This document shows positions 54,806 through 63,565 of a stretch of DNA of 64,000 nucleotides, piece after piece (within the stretch, counting starts at the first letter, position 1; each line of letters opens with the position of its first letter). The DNA lies in IMG/VR virus record IMGVR_UViG_3300043432_000485, positions 139,363 to 203,362 of that record. The stretch is one strand, 5' to 3'. Below the pieces are notes generated by a model. That model was not told the origin of the DNA. It saw only the letters and a program-made list of their open reading frames with translations, and searched no databases. This DNA is from a virus. Its lineage: Duplodnaviria > Caudoviricetes. Made by a program: the position numbers and the translations under genes.

Positions 54806-55909
54806 TCAAGTTACAGTGAACAAGTTCGATGCCAGGCTCGTGTACTGCACGATGACCTTGGAACCTGCGACGCCCAGTGAGCTGAGCAGAGACGCGGGGA
54901 TGACAATCGAGGTGGCCGAAACCGAGCCCTGGGTGCCGCCCGAAAGAGTCGTGCGAATCACCTTCTGGTACAGTTTGACTGAACGCGAACCATCAGCCGA
55001 AGTCACACGAACCACCGTGGAGTCCACCTCGGAGTTGCCAAGGTTGGTTCCCGTGATCGTGATGTCTCCACCATTGGGGGAGTTGTGGACCGCACCGGTG
55101 ATTACGGTGAGGGGCGCAGTGAAGAGGCTCACTCCGTCATCCTGAACTACCGTGATTGCTGCCCCGTTCGGAAGAGCCGGGAAGCGACGCGAGTCCGGGT
55201 TGTAACTCGCGCTCAGGAAGCCCGAGATCATACCTACCTGAAAGCTCTTGATCGCCGTGTCGGTGTCCACAAAATGAGGGGCGATGGTGTCAGCCAAAGC
55301 TGTCAGCTGAGCCGACGTTGCGCCTGCACCGACGTTGGTGGTCAGCGTCGCGGTGGATACGTCCAGAGGACCAGAGACGGGCAAGGTCGCGGTGATGACC
55401 GAAGCCACGCTCGGGACCGTGAAGCTCACGCCACCGGCGGCAAAACCAACGGGGGTATTGAAGGTGGAGCCGTTACCAACTGTGTCCACCTCAATGTAGC
55501 TACCCACTCCCGGAACCGTGCTCTGCAGCACTAGGTGCGTGCCGGCATTGTCCAAGCGAGCGACTACCGAAAGCCCCGCAAGGGCCGTGTTGACGGCAGC
55601 CACCAGGGCCGCGCCAGAGGCGTAGACAGCGTTCGCCACGACCACGGAGCTAAAGCTAGCGGCTACGCTGCTCTTGACTCGAAGGGTATGGTTACCTGCA
55701 TTGATCGTCGCACCGGACGAAATGTTGGTGCTTCCAGCCACACCCGCCGGGATGTGACCTAGAGCGGACCCGACGTACGTGACGTCAGGACGTCCAACGC
55801 GCCGTTCCTGGCCCTTGGGCTCAGTTGGCGGGTTGTACTGACTTACTGTTTCCAGGTCCATGATTGCCAAGGGACCCGGCACATCTCCACGAATGACTCC
55901 TACGCGCAT
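54806..55909 (-). CDS. Virion structural/decoration protein with C-terminal IPT/Ig-like domain
   Basis: GGDITITGTNLG...SATSIVIP; the central module resembles sheath insertion domains. Confidence 0.6.
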   Translation of the reverse strand: MRVGVIRGDVPGPLAIMDLETVSQYNPPTEPKGQERRVGRPDVTYVGSALGHIPAGVAGSTNISSGATINAGNHTLRVKSSVAASFSSVVVANAVYASGAALVAAVNTALAGLSVVARLDNAGTHLVLQSTVPGVGSYIEVDTVGNGSTFNTPVGFAAGGVSFTVPSVASVITATLPVSGPLDVSTATLTTNVGAGATSAQLTALADTIAPHFVDTDTAIKSFQVGMISGFLSASYNPDSRRFPALPNGAAITVVQDDGVSLFTAPLTVITGAVHNSPNGGDITITGTNLGNSEVDSTVVRVTSADGSRSVKLYQKVIRTTLSGGTQGSVSATSIVIPASLLSSLGVAGSKVIVQYTSLASNLFTVT

Positions 55910-55912
55910 GAC

Positions 55913-56308
55913 TTAGACTCCTGTGTTTGTCGATTCTTGTGTTGCGGGTTCCGTAAACTTACCGCGTGCCTGATCCATCTTCAGCAGCCTGAGAACTGCC
56001 CCATAATCCGAGTAGAACCCAGCCACGGATTTGAGAAACTTGAGTTGGTCTGCTTGCCATGAGAACCCTGCTTCACGGACCCAGAGGTGCATGCGCTTGA
56101 GGTACTTGAGATACCTAGGGCCGAATACAAGGCTATTAAGCTCATCCCGAGCCAGGTCGAGATTTTGGAGTCTCGACCTGATGTCCTTGAGTAGGAACTG
56201 GGTTTGGCGCAATTGCAGGAGGTTGTGCGGACGCCAACGCTGCTGGACAGACTGGAAGTCTGTCTCATGCTCTTGCTCCAAAATCCACGGTATGTAGCTG
56301 TATTGCAC
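55913..56308 (-). CDS. Hypothetical protein (131 aa)
   Basis: GTG start, fills the gap between structural genes. Confidence 0.55.
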   Translation of the reverse strand: MQYSYIPWILEQEHETDFQSVQQRWRPHNLLQLRQTQFLLKDIRSRLQNLDLARDELNSLVFGPRYLKYLKRMHLWVREAGFSWQADQLKFLKSVAGFYSDYGAVLRLLKMDQARGKFTEPATQESTNTGV

Positions 56309-56324
56309 ACTCGTTCAAGCCCTA

Positions 56325-56924
56325 TTACGACAGCGCCACCACAGCCGTGGACTTCTCGTTGGCATTGACCTTAGCGAAGGTCGTTGCCGCCGCCACGCCT
56401 GGAACCAGGGCAGCTGGGATGAAGATGCTGGTTGCGGCTACCGTGCCACCACCGGCAATGATCTGCGCAGCCGTGAGGGTCACAGCACCCGTTCCGGTTA
56501 GGACAACGGACGTGACGTCAGGAGCCACAGACAAGAACGTGGTGCCCGTCAGGGTGATATCGCCCGCGCCTGGGGTGTCCAGATCAGCCAGCGTCAGGAC
56601 CGGGGTCACAACCTGGGAAGCCGTGAAGCTCACCACGGTCACAAGCCCTGCAGTCTGAAGCCCGGCAATCTTCCCCTTGCCTGCCGACAAGGTTACGCGC
56701 TGGGTCTGGTTCAAGTCGATGTAGCCAGCCACAGACGGGAAGCCGTTGCTGGCGCGGCTACGAGGCACGTAGCAAGGCTGCTTGGGGCTGTTCGCATAGC
56801 CATCCCGAGGCGCAGCGTCCGGGTTTGAGGTCAGGCGATGGGCAGTTTTGGAAGGAAGCCCGTCATCAATATCGTCGACCAGGATGGCCCCAGAAACTGT
56901 TTGGTTGTGATAGACTCGATACAT
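56325..56924 (-). CDS. Virion structural/decoration protein with IPT/Ig-like domain
   Basis: GAGDITLTGTTF...AATSIFIPAAL, homologous to the C-terminus of 54806-55909. Confidence 0.6.
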   Translation of the reverse strand: MYRVYHNQTVSGAILVDDIDDGLPSKTAHRLTSNPDAAPRDGYANSPKQPCYVPRSRASNGFPSVAGYIDLNQTQRVTLSAGKGKIAGLQTAGLVTVVSFTASQVVTPVLTLADLDTPGAGDITLTGTTFLSVAPDVTSVVLTGTGAVTLTAAQIIAGGGTVAATSIFIPAALVPGVAAATTFAKVNANEKSTAVVALS

Positions 56925-56991
56925 TGATCAACCTCATTAAAGGACGGGAGGACACAATAAGCCCCTTATAGAATGGATATTATTACCGACG

Positions 56992-57999
56992 ATGAAGAGG
57001 ATTACACAAGAAGAAGTCCGGGCCGCCTGTGAGAGTCTAGGGCACACAAACCCGATACTGCTTTCCGAAAAATCGAGGAACGGTAGAGTACTGATCCAGT
57101 TTATGTGCGATTTGGGGGTTTCTCATACCCAGTTGTGGGACAGCACAAGGACCGGGCATGGCTGCGGATGCAAAAAGGTCTCCTACCCAGAGAACTTGAT
57201 CAGACAGCTGTTAGAATGGTGGACCGGACTGCCTTGTCCGAAAATCACCAGAAGGGCTTTAGTAGCTATCACTTTGGACAATAAGGATGCCCCCTTTGAA
57301 GTTGACGTCTACAGCAGGGAGCGCAGATTGGGGATAGAAGTTGACGGCGACTTGCACAGGAAAGGGTGGGATGGTGGTAGAGCCTCAGCTGAAGCAATCA
57401 TAACGAGAGATCGAAAAAAGGACGAATACTTCGAACGACATCAAGACTCCATCGGAAGACTGCTCAGGATCTCAACAGAAGAGTTGAGGGGCAAAAGTGT
57501 AGATGAGGTTCGAATCTTGTTCTCTAGGAAGATGGAAGCACTGGACGTGCCTGGCCCGATGACCGCAGATTTCCGATATCGAGGACAGCTGACCAAGAAG
57601 GCGTCGCGTCTTATGGAAATACGAGCACTAGCCTCACTTAAGGGAGTTCGCCTACTGGATGACCAGTATCTGAACAACACTTCCAAGCATACTTTTTCTT
57701 GCGCTAAACACGGTAAGTTTAGGCTTTCACCAAACTATTTGCTGCAGAATGATTTCGGATGTAAGGCGTGCGCAAAAGAAAGTGCCGCACACAAATTACG
57801 CCTTCGTTCAGGGGCTCTACCTCTTGTTGAGGCTTCAAACCTCGCGGCCGAAATGAAGATCCCTACCTATGAGGTCTACGTGTCCATGTTTAGAGCCGGG
57901 CAACTGCCAAATGGGTTGCCCGGCAATCCCTATGTAGTATACGGAAAGGACCCGCGCTGGAAAGGGGTGAAACCCTTCCTAAAAGGTCAGGTCATCTGA
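56992..57999 (+). CDS. PD-(D/E)XK (Vsr/DUF559-like) homing-endonuclease-like protein, antisense insertion
   Basis: FEVDVY...LGIEVDGDLH...RDRKKD; Zn ribbon CAKH...CKAC; C-terminal LPGNPYVVY...W repeat unit; AT-richer. Confidence 0.75.
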   Translation: MKRITQEEVRAACESLGHTNPILLSEKSRNGRVLIQFMCDLGVSHTQLWDSTRTGHGCGCKKVSYPENLIRQLLEWWTGLPCPKITRRALVAITLDNKDAPFEVDVYSRERRLGIEVDGDLHRKGWDGGRASAEAIITRDRKKDEYFERHQDSIGRLLRISTEELRGKSVDEVRILFSRKMEALDVPGPMTADFRYRGQLTKKASRLMEIRALASLKGVRLLDDQYLNNTSKHTFSCAKHGKFRLSPNYLLQNDFGCKACAKESAAHKLRLRSGALPLVEASNLAAEMKIPTYEVYVSMFRAGQLPNGLPGNPYVVYGKDPRWKGVKPFLKGQVI

Positions 58000-58898
58000 G
58001 AGTACGAACTGTAGGCGTGAATCGCTTGCCCTCGGAATGAGGCGTTCGTGTTCGGCGCGCCCGTGAAGGCTGCCGAGATATCTGTGTGTGCAGTTTCCAT
58101 CGCAGCCAGAGCACCTGACGCTCCGGTCCAGTAGGAGAGGCTACCGCCGAGACCGGACAAGGTCTCCGAGCCGCACCAAAGGCCAAAGTTGCGGCCCGAG
58201 ACGCTGGCGTAATCAAACCAGCGCTGGAACATTCCGATCTGTGTCGCGGCGGCGTTGTTGTAGCAACCCACGGCCACGAAGTCGGAGTTGTCCATGAGGT
58301 GGAGGCCCTCCACTTGGGTCACGCCGTTGTAGGAGAAAGAGATGGCAGCGGAAGCCGGGTCGGCCAGCCACTGCGTGGTGAAGCACCCCACCGGGATGTT
58401 CAGAGTACTGCGCATGAATTTCATCAGATTGCAGAGCCCGATCACATCCGTGGAGGAGTACGAGCCCGTCCAGTACTCGCAGTCCAGCATCACACCGTCG
58501 AAGCTTGCGCCGTCTACAGACGTGCTGGCCGAGTCGGCCATCACCTGGTACTGGGCCAAGTTCCGGACGATGTTCCGGGCTACCCACTGCTGATTGACGC
58601 CCCAATCGGTGTTACCGGCCAAGGCCATCACGCGGATCCCGGAGGCGTGCGCGTAGTGGATGAACTTCTGCATGGTCTGGAAGCGAGACGTCGTCCAATT
58701 ACCACCACCCAGGTACCCCCAGATGTCTAGGAATAGGACGTTGACCCCCTTGCTCGAACAGAAGTTCAGAAGGGACTGCATCTTAGGGTCGGTGGACAAG
58801 GGGTCCCCCGAGCTGTTGGCTGCCCCACACCACACGTACATTGCCCGATCCATGTTGGAGTTGGGCGGAACCGGTACCGATACTGCTGATACTGCCAT
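57987..58898 (-). CDS. TIM-barrel glycoside hydrolase-like protein (GH18-like)
   Basis: VNVLFLD...FIHYAHASGIRVMAL...FDGVMLDCEYW. Start moved to ATG 58898 (SD GGGGAG). Confidence 0.55.
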   Translation of the reverse strand: MAVSAVSVPVPPNSNMDRAMYVWCGAANSSGDPLSTDPKMQSLLNFCSSKGVNVLFLDIWGYLGGGNWTTSRFQTMQKFIHYAHASGIRVMALAGNTDWGVNQQWVARNIVRNLAQYQVMADSASTSVDGASFDGVMLDCEYWTGSYSSTDVIGLCNLMKFMRSTLNIPVGCFTTQWLADPASAAISFSYNGVTQVEGLHLMDNSDFVAVGCYNNAAATQIGMFQRWFDYASVSGRNFGLWCGSETLSGLGGSLSYWTGASGALAAMETAHTDISAAFTGAPNTNASFRGQAIHAYSSYSQMT

Positions 58899-58953
58899 GT
58901 TGCTTCTGCTCTCCCCGTGAAATAACTGATGTAACAGTTCAAGAATTTTCACA

Positions 58954-59502
58954 TCAATCCTCAGACCATTCTACATAAGCCGAAAAAGTGATGGCTACTC
59001 CTGGGTTGTTGAAGTTCACCGACAGCACCTGAGCAGTGCCGCGCAGAGTCAAAGGGACCGTGAACTGGAACTCAGCCATGTCTAGGGACACCGCCGCGGT
59101 GGTGGGTACGCCAATCCTGCGGACGCGCACCGTGCCAACAGTGGTCCCCAGAGTTGGGTTTACCGTGTACGCACGCACTACGGCCGTTCCCGCAGCCGAG
59201 TTAGAGTCCAAGGATATGACGGTCGGAGTGGTAGATGTTCCTCCGGTGTTGGCTGTTGATCTCTTGATCAACAAGATGTCACGAACAGCTGACGACGCTT
59301 GCGTACCCGTGACAACAATGTTGTGGATGCGCACATTCTTGGAGGCTGATCCGGTGATGGTAAACGTGTCCGTAGCCCCTGTAGCGCCTACGATGCCTAC
59401 GGCAGACGCCGAGTAAACTGGCCCGGCCGGGTAGATGGCTTCCCCGCCTTCTGTGTACGCGATCTGATTGACTATCGTTCGATCAGTGAAAGCCATGATC
59501 AC
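58954..59502 (-). CDS. Beta-rich virion protein (182 aa)
   Basis: Jelly-roll-like strands ending TFSAYVEWSED; part of the fibre cluster. Confidence 0.55.
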   Translation of the reverse strand: MIMAFTDRTIVNQIAYTEGGEAIYPAGPVYSASAVGIVGATGATDTFTITGSASKNVRIHNIVVTGTQASSAVRDILLIKRSTANTGGTSTTPTVISLDSNSAAGTAVVRAYTVNPTLGTTVGTVRVRRIGVPTTAAVSLDMAEFQFTVPLTLRGTAQVLSVNFNNPGVAITFSAYVEWSED

Positions 59503-60743
59503 ATCTCCTGGTAAGCGAATCCAGCAAACCAGTTATTGGTGCCAGACGCAGAATCCTGCTTGACGAAGAGCAGCACACGAGCCGGACCGGTTATGCGCAA
59601 GGGGGACTTGAAGTCTAGGGCTTGAGTCACTCCTGGCTGCGCTCTGATCTGCGGAGCTATGACGAAGTCGGTGGAGTTGGAGACCGTGGGGGTGGTCTTC
59701 AGGATGGTGATGTTTCCAGCGCTGGCCCCCTGGTTGCCGAACACTACCTGGTTGAGCAACATGGTCTTGTCCTTGGCCACGTAGTGCTGAGCCCAGTTCG
59801 TTTGGTTGTCGTTGACAGCTACTTGGGCCAACGTACCTCCGCCTCCCGCCGTGGAAATGAACAGGGTCAAGGTGCCGGCGTTGTTGCCGCCTGATCCAGC
59901 AGTCACCACCCGGATCGATTCGATGAAGCAGATGTTGGACGCCACCGTGTTCACGTTCGCGGTACCGTTCAGAGTGACGGTCTCGGTGAACGGGCCGGCC
60001 ATCGTCTGATCGTAGTAGGTGATCAAAACTGTTCGCGCCCCAGTGCCCGCCGACGTATCGGAGGCGCTGGATGACGCTATAGACCGTTGAGCATTAGTGA
60101 GCTGCTCTGCGTAGGTGGTAGCCAAGATCGAGGTTCTGGTAGTGTTGCTGGTCGAGTTGTAAGCCGAAATGAAAGAAGATGAGCTGCCCACAGAGCGGAC
60201 GATTGCCGGGCTCTCTGTGGCTGCTAGCGTGACCCCAGCTGATCCGCTGGTGTAAGCGCTCATCTTGGCGCGCACCTGCGTGACTCCGGACGATACTACG
60301 CGCCACTGCCCGTTCGTGGCCGTAGACTGAATGGCTGCCAAGTCTCCGAACGGAAGCATGTCGATCACGAACCAGTCGGAGCTGTTGATGGTGGCCTCTA
60401 TCACGATAGTGCCGACCCAAGTCCCAGTAATCTGCACCCCGATGTTCCCGCTCTCGCTGGGTACGATCAACAGGGTGGAGTTCAGAGCAGCCAAAGATCC
60501 CGTGACCGTGATTCCGTTCAGGTAGTCCCCAGAGTGAGCAGCAACAAGCCCGTCTAGAGTTATCTGGTCACCTCCAGACAAGGGGTCCTTGAACCAGATG
60601 TTGCAGTCGTCCCCGGACGTGTCGATATGGCCCAGAGCCGTCACAATGGAGCTGGACTGAATCTGCAGCGTCAACAGGTCCAAAGCCACCTTATCGTTAG
60701 GGAAGTCTGCTGAAATGCTATACGGATAGTTTGTCAATGCCAT
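59499..60743 (-). CDS. Modular virion fibre/decoration protein (414 aa)
   Basis: Middle domain shared with 61994-63559; C-terminal domain shared with 63566-64000. Confidence 0.6.
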   Translation of the reverse strand: MALTNYPYSISADFPNDKVALDLLTLQIQSSSIVTALGHIDTSGDDCNIWFKDPLSGGDQITLDGLVAAHSGDYLNGITVTGSLAALNSTLLIVPSESGNIGVQITGTWVGTIVIEATINSSDWFVIDMLPFGDLAAIQSTATNGQWRVVSSGVTQVRAKMSAYTSGSAGVTLAATESPAIVRSVGSSSSFISAYNSTSNTTRTSILATTYAEQLTNAQRSIASSSASDTSAGTGARTVLITYYDQTMAGPFTETVTLNGTANVNTVASNICFIESIRVVTAGSGGNNAGTLTLFISTAGGGGTLAQVAVNDNQTNWAQHYVAKDKTMLLNQVVFGNQGASAGNITILKTTPTVSNSTDFVIAPQIRAQPGVTQALDFKSPLRITGPARVLLFVKQDSASGTNNWFAGFAYQEM

Positions 60744-60757
60744 AGTAAACCCCTAGG

Positions 60758-61165
60758 TCAAACTGCCAGCTCTTCCACCATCAAGGACGCGCTCTCCCAG
60801 TCCACAGAGGTTGGCCGAATCCTCAGAGTGCCGCTGGTGGTTCTCCATCGCATCTTGATAACGTGTTGCCCTACCGACACTCTCTCTCTGTACATCAGGG
60901 AAGCTGAACTCCCATACCCTGTCGCAACGACACGCGCATGCGTGCCTCTTTTAGCCACTCCGTCAATCATGAGCTGGAAAACGGAGTCCGCCGCCACTGT
61001 GATATCCATACACGCACAGAAACAGCACTGAACTGTATTGGCATCAGTGTTCACAGTCAGGGTTACTCCAGTCATGTCTACAAACGACGTGCTGGTAGTG
61101 GAGATATCCGAGGACAGCTGGAAGAACGCCGTCTGAATCAGGGTTGGTGAAGGGTAGTAGAGCAT
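60758..61165 (-). CDS. Small beta-sandwich virion protein, paralogue 1 of 3
   Basis: QTAFFQLSSD...GTLRIRPT...ASLMVEELAV. Confidence 0.65.
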   Translation of the reverse strand: MLYYPSPTLIQTAFFQLSSDISTTSTSFVDMTGVTLTVNTDANTVQCCFCACMDITVAADSVFQLMIDGVAKRGTHARVVATGYGSSASLMYRERVSVGQHVIKMRWRTTSGTLRIRPTSVDWESASLMVEELAV

Positions 61166-61575
61166 CAGACTGTCACCTCATGGACGGCCAAAGAGGCATG
61201 GTCGTCAGGGACAGTAGTTGGCCTAATTCTACCGGTGCCGCCCGATACTGACCATTCAATAAGGAAAGTGTGCGATCCTGCTGTCAGAGCCGCCGATTTG
61301 TAGATGATCGCGGTCGAGTACGTGTCCGTGGAGCCCTCGGTTCTGATCGCGGAACCACGTATGACCGAACCGTCGATCGACAGCCGGAAGTTGATCGTTT
61401 GATTGCCCACCGAGGAGCAATCCGCAGCTGAGACAAACTCCACGATGACCGGATTAGCCCCTGTCGTGACAGACATAGTCAGCAGAGTCACGTAAGTAGC
61501 ACTACCCGTAGTGGTGTCGGACGTGATCTGGGTGTACGCCGTCTGAGGGATGTCTATTTGGTAGGCCAACGGCAT
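61165..61575 (-). CDS. Small beta-sandwich virion protein, paralogue 2 of 3
   Basis: QTAYTQITSD...GTGRIRPT...ASLAVHEVTV. Confidence 0.65.
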   Translation of the reverse strand: MPLAYQIDIPQTAYTQITSDTTTGSATYVTLLTMSVTTGANPVIVEFVSAADCSSVGNQTINFRLSIDGSVIRGSAIRTEGSTDTYSTAIIYKSAALTAGSHTFLIEWSVSGGTGRIRPTTVPDDHASLAVHEVTV

Positions 61576-61994
61576 TAGACTGTGATCTCCTTGAGCAGAA
61601 GGGAGGCGTGCTCAATGGTCACGGTCGCTGGACGACAGCGAAGGGTCCCCACGTCTCTTGTCCAGTCAATGTCAAAAGTGTGTGATCCAGCCGACAACAC
61701 TCCGGTCTTAAACCTCAATGACACTGATTGAGCGCCAGTGGCGTCCACATACCGGCATAAGCACTCAATAGCCTTCACATTGTCCACCTGCAGCCTGAAA
61801 GCCGACGATGAACCGCCCACATTTGGATTGCTGGTGGACGCTGAAAAATGGCACTCCACTGTGGAGTAGCCAGTAGTAGTCATGTTCAGAGTGATCAAGT
61901 TCTCGAAAGTGAACGCCGTGGGAGTTGCCGACACATCCGACGTCAACTCCACGAACCTAGTCTGAAGTAATGCTGGAACGGGATATAGAGGCAT
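61575..61994 (-). CDS. Small beta-sandwich virion protein, paralogue 3 of 3
   Basis: QTRFVELTSD...GTLRCRPA...ASLLLKEITV. Confidence 0.65.
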   Translation of the reverse strand: MPLYPVPALLQTRFVELTSDVSATPTAFTFENLITLNMTTTGYSTVECHFSASTSNPNVGGSSSAFRLQVDNVKAIECLCRYVDATGAQSVSLRFKTGVLSAGSHTFDIDWTRDVGTLRCRPATVTIEHASLLLKEITV

Positions 61995-63559
61995 CAGGTT
62001 AACTCTGTGATTCTCGCGTTACCAGTAGCAGATGACCAAATCCCATCGATTTGACCCATGTATCCGAAAGGCACCTCGTAGTAAGCGTTTGCCAGCATAC
62101 GAACAGTGAAGCTAGTGGTGCTGGCCGTGGTCCCTAGTTTTAGGTACAGGGTAGCGGCCGAGTCGTTGAAGATCGTAGCGCCCCTGCGAGATCTGGCCGC
62201 AAGAAGTTGAACGGAGCTGGCGCTGCCCGCCACTGAGGTTTGAGTCGGAGTCGTAGACGAGACGCCGGCCTGCAACCGTCCAGCGGTATCGATGGAAGCC
62301 TTCCTCCACGCGAACGTGCCGTCGCTGAGCTGCACCCCGCTGTGGCTGGTCTCTGTCATGCCCACGCCCATGATGGTGAACGTTGGAGAGCTTGACGGCC
62401 CGGAGGTGTGGTTGATGGAGTGGAAGCGGATCGGAAGAGTCTGCTGACCCAAAGGTGGCCAGCTAGCGCTAGCAACTGGATACTCCAAAGTGTCCACATA
62501 CCAGAAAATCAAGTCAGCACGGATGTACATCGCGTACCGGTGGTTTAACCCGTCCGTTGGGCGCGTAAGGACCGCGGCGATCGTTCTGGTGCCTCCGCTA
62601 TACGTGACCGCATTCAGAGCGCCGGTGATATCTTGCTCGAATCCAGCTCCGTCTTGGATCGGTGTTGAGGCCGCCCAGCTCACAGGTTGAGTACCCAAAC
62701 CCCAGAAACGGTGGTTGTTCGTAAGCGCCGCCGCTTCAAGACCCAAAGAGGCTCCGAAGATTTGGAAGCCTAGGCCGATAGCTCGGAACTGATTCTGAGA
62801 CGACAGAGCCGCCGCACGACTCACGGTAGTTCCAGTGGACATGGTCAGAGAGCCACTGGCTTGGCTCATCGTGCCGCCGCTCACTAGGGTCTGATTCCAG
62901 CGATTGGTGGTGTCTACGACTACGCCGTCAAACGGCTCTACGAATAGCTCGGAACCCTCGGTGGTGACCTTTAGGGTGCCGTACGAGGTAACCTGCCCGA
63001 TCATTCCCAGAGGCAGAGCGTTGGGGGACGTGAGGGTCGTGTACCCGGAGCCGCCCGTCGTGTAACGGGCCATGTTGTCACTATCCACCATCGAAGCGCG
63101 GAGCGTGATGTTGGCCGTGCCGGACGTGTAGGCTGAGACTCGAATACGAGTTAGACCGGAGCCTCCAACCCCTACGATTTCTCTCGCTGTAGCGGTGTTA
63201 GCTACCCCGAATACTACGGAAGAGGCTTTGATACCGGTGGTAGGGTCACTCAAAAACGTGGCGATCCATGTGGTGCCGCCGTCGAATGAGACCTCAGGGA
63301 CGATCGTGCCCACCAGGGTTCCAGCTGCGAGCTGAAACCCTACGGAAGACAGACCCGCCGTAGTGACCTGAACGGCAGCGTTCAAGGCGCCTAGCGCGCC
63401 CGTGCCCGTGGCATCCGCCGTACCCGAAACCGAGATGGGGTTGTTGGGACTGATAGCGACCACTAGGGCCGGATCAGTCGCAACTGCAGCAGTGGAAGGC
63501 GGCTTAACCGCTACTGGTCCATTAACGCTGTCATCTGTGATTGTAGTTGATGTGGCCAT
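61994..63559 (-). CDS. Modular virion fibre protein with lectin/ConA-like middle domain (521 aa)
   Basis: FDGVVVDTTNRW...NHRYAMYIR region plus a short C-terminal beta module. Confidence 0.55.
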   Translation of the reverse strand: MATSTTITDDSVNGPVAVKPPSTAAVATDPALVVAISPNNPISVSGTADATGTGALGALNAAVQVTTAGLSSVGFQLAAGTLVGTIVPEVSFDGGTTWIATFLSDPTTGIKASSVVFGVANTATAREIVGVGGSGLTRIRVSAYTSGTANITLRASMVDSDNMARYTTGGSGYTTLTSPNALPLGMIGQVTSYGTLKVTTEGSELFVEPFDGVVVDTTNRWNQTLVSGGTMSQASGSLTMSTGTTVSRAAALSSQNQFRAIGLGFQIFGASLGLEAAALTNNHRFWGLGTQPVSWAASTPIQDGAGFEQDITGALNAVTYSGGTRTIAAVLTRPTDGLNHRYAMYIRADLIFWYVDTLEYPVASASWPPLGQQTLPIRFHSINHTSGPSSSPTFTIMGVGMTETSHSGVQLSDGTFAWRKASIDTAGRLQAGVSSTTPTQTSVAGSASSVQLLAARSRRGATIFNDSAATLYLKLGTTASTTSFTVRMLANAYYEVPFGYMGQIDGIWSSATGNARITELT

Positions 63560-63565
63560 GCTGTA

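Noticed and set aside
7920-57999. Group I introns or inteins hosting the endonucleases
   Set aside because: Flanking genes are complete ORFs with their own starts and stops, the endonuclease ORFs leave no room for intron core sequence, and no intein C...HN boundaries were seen in the large ORFs.
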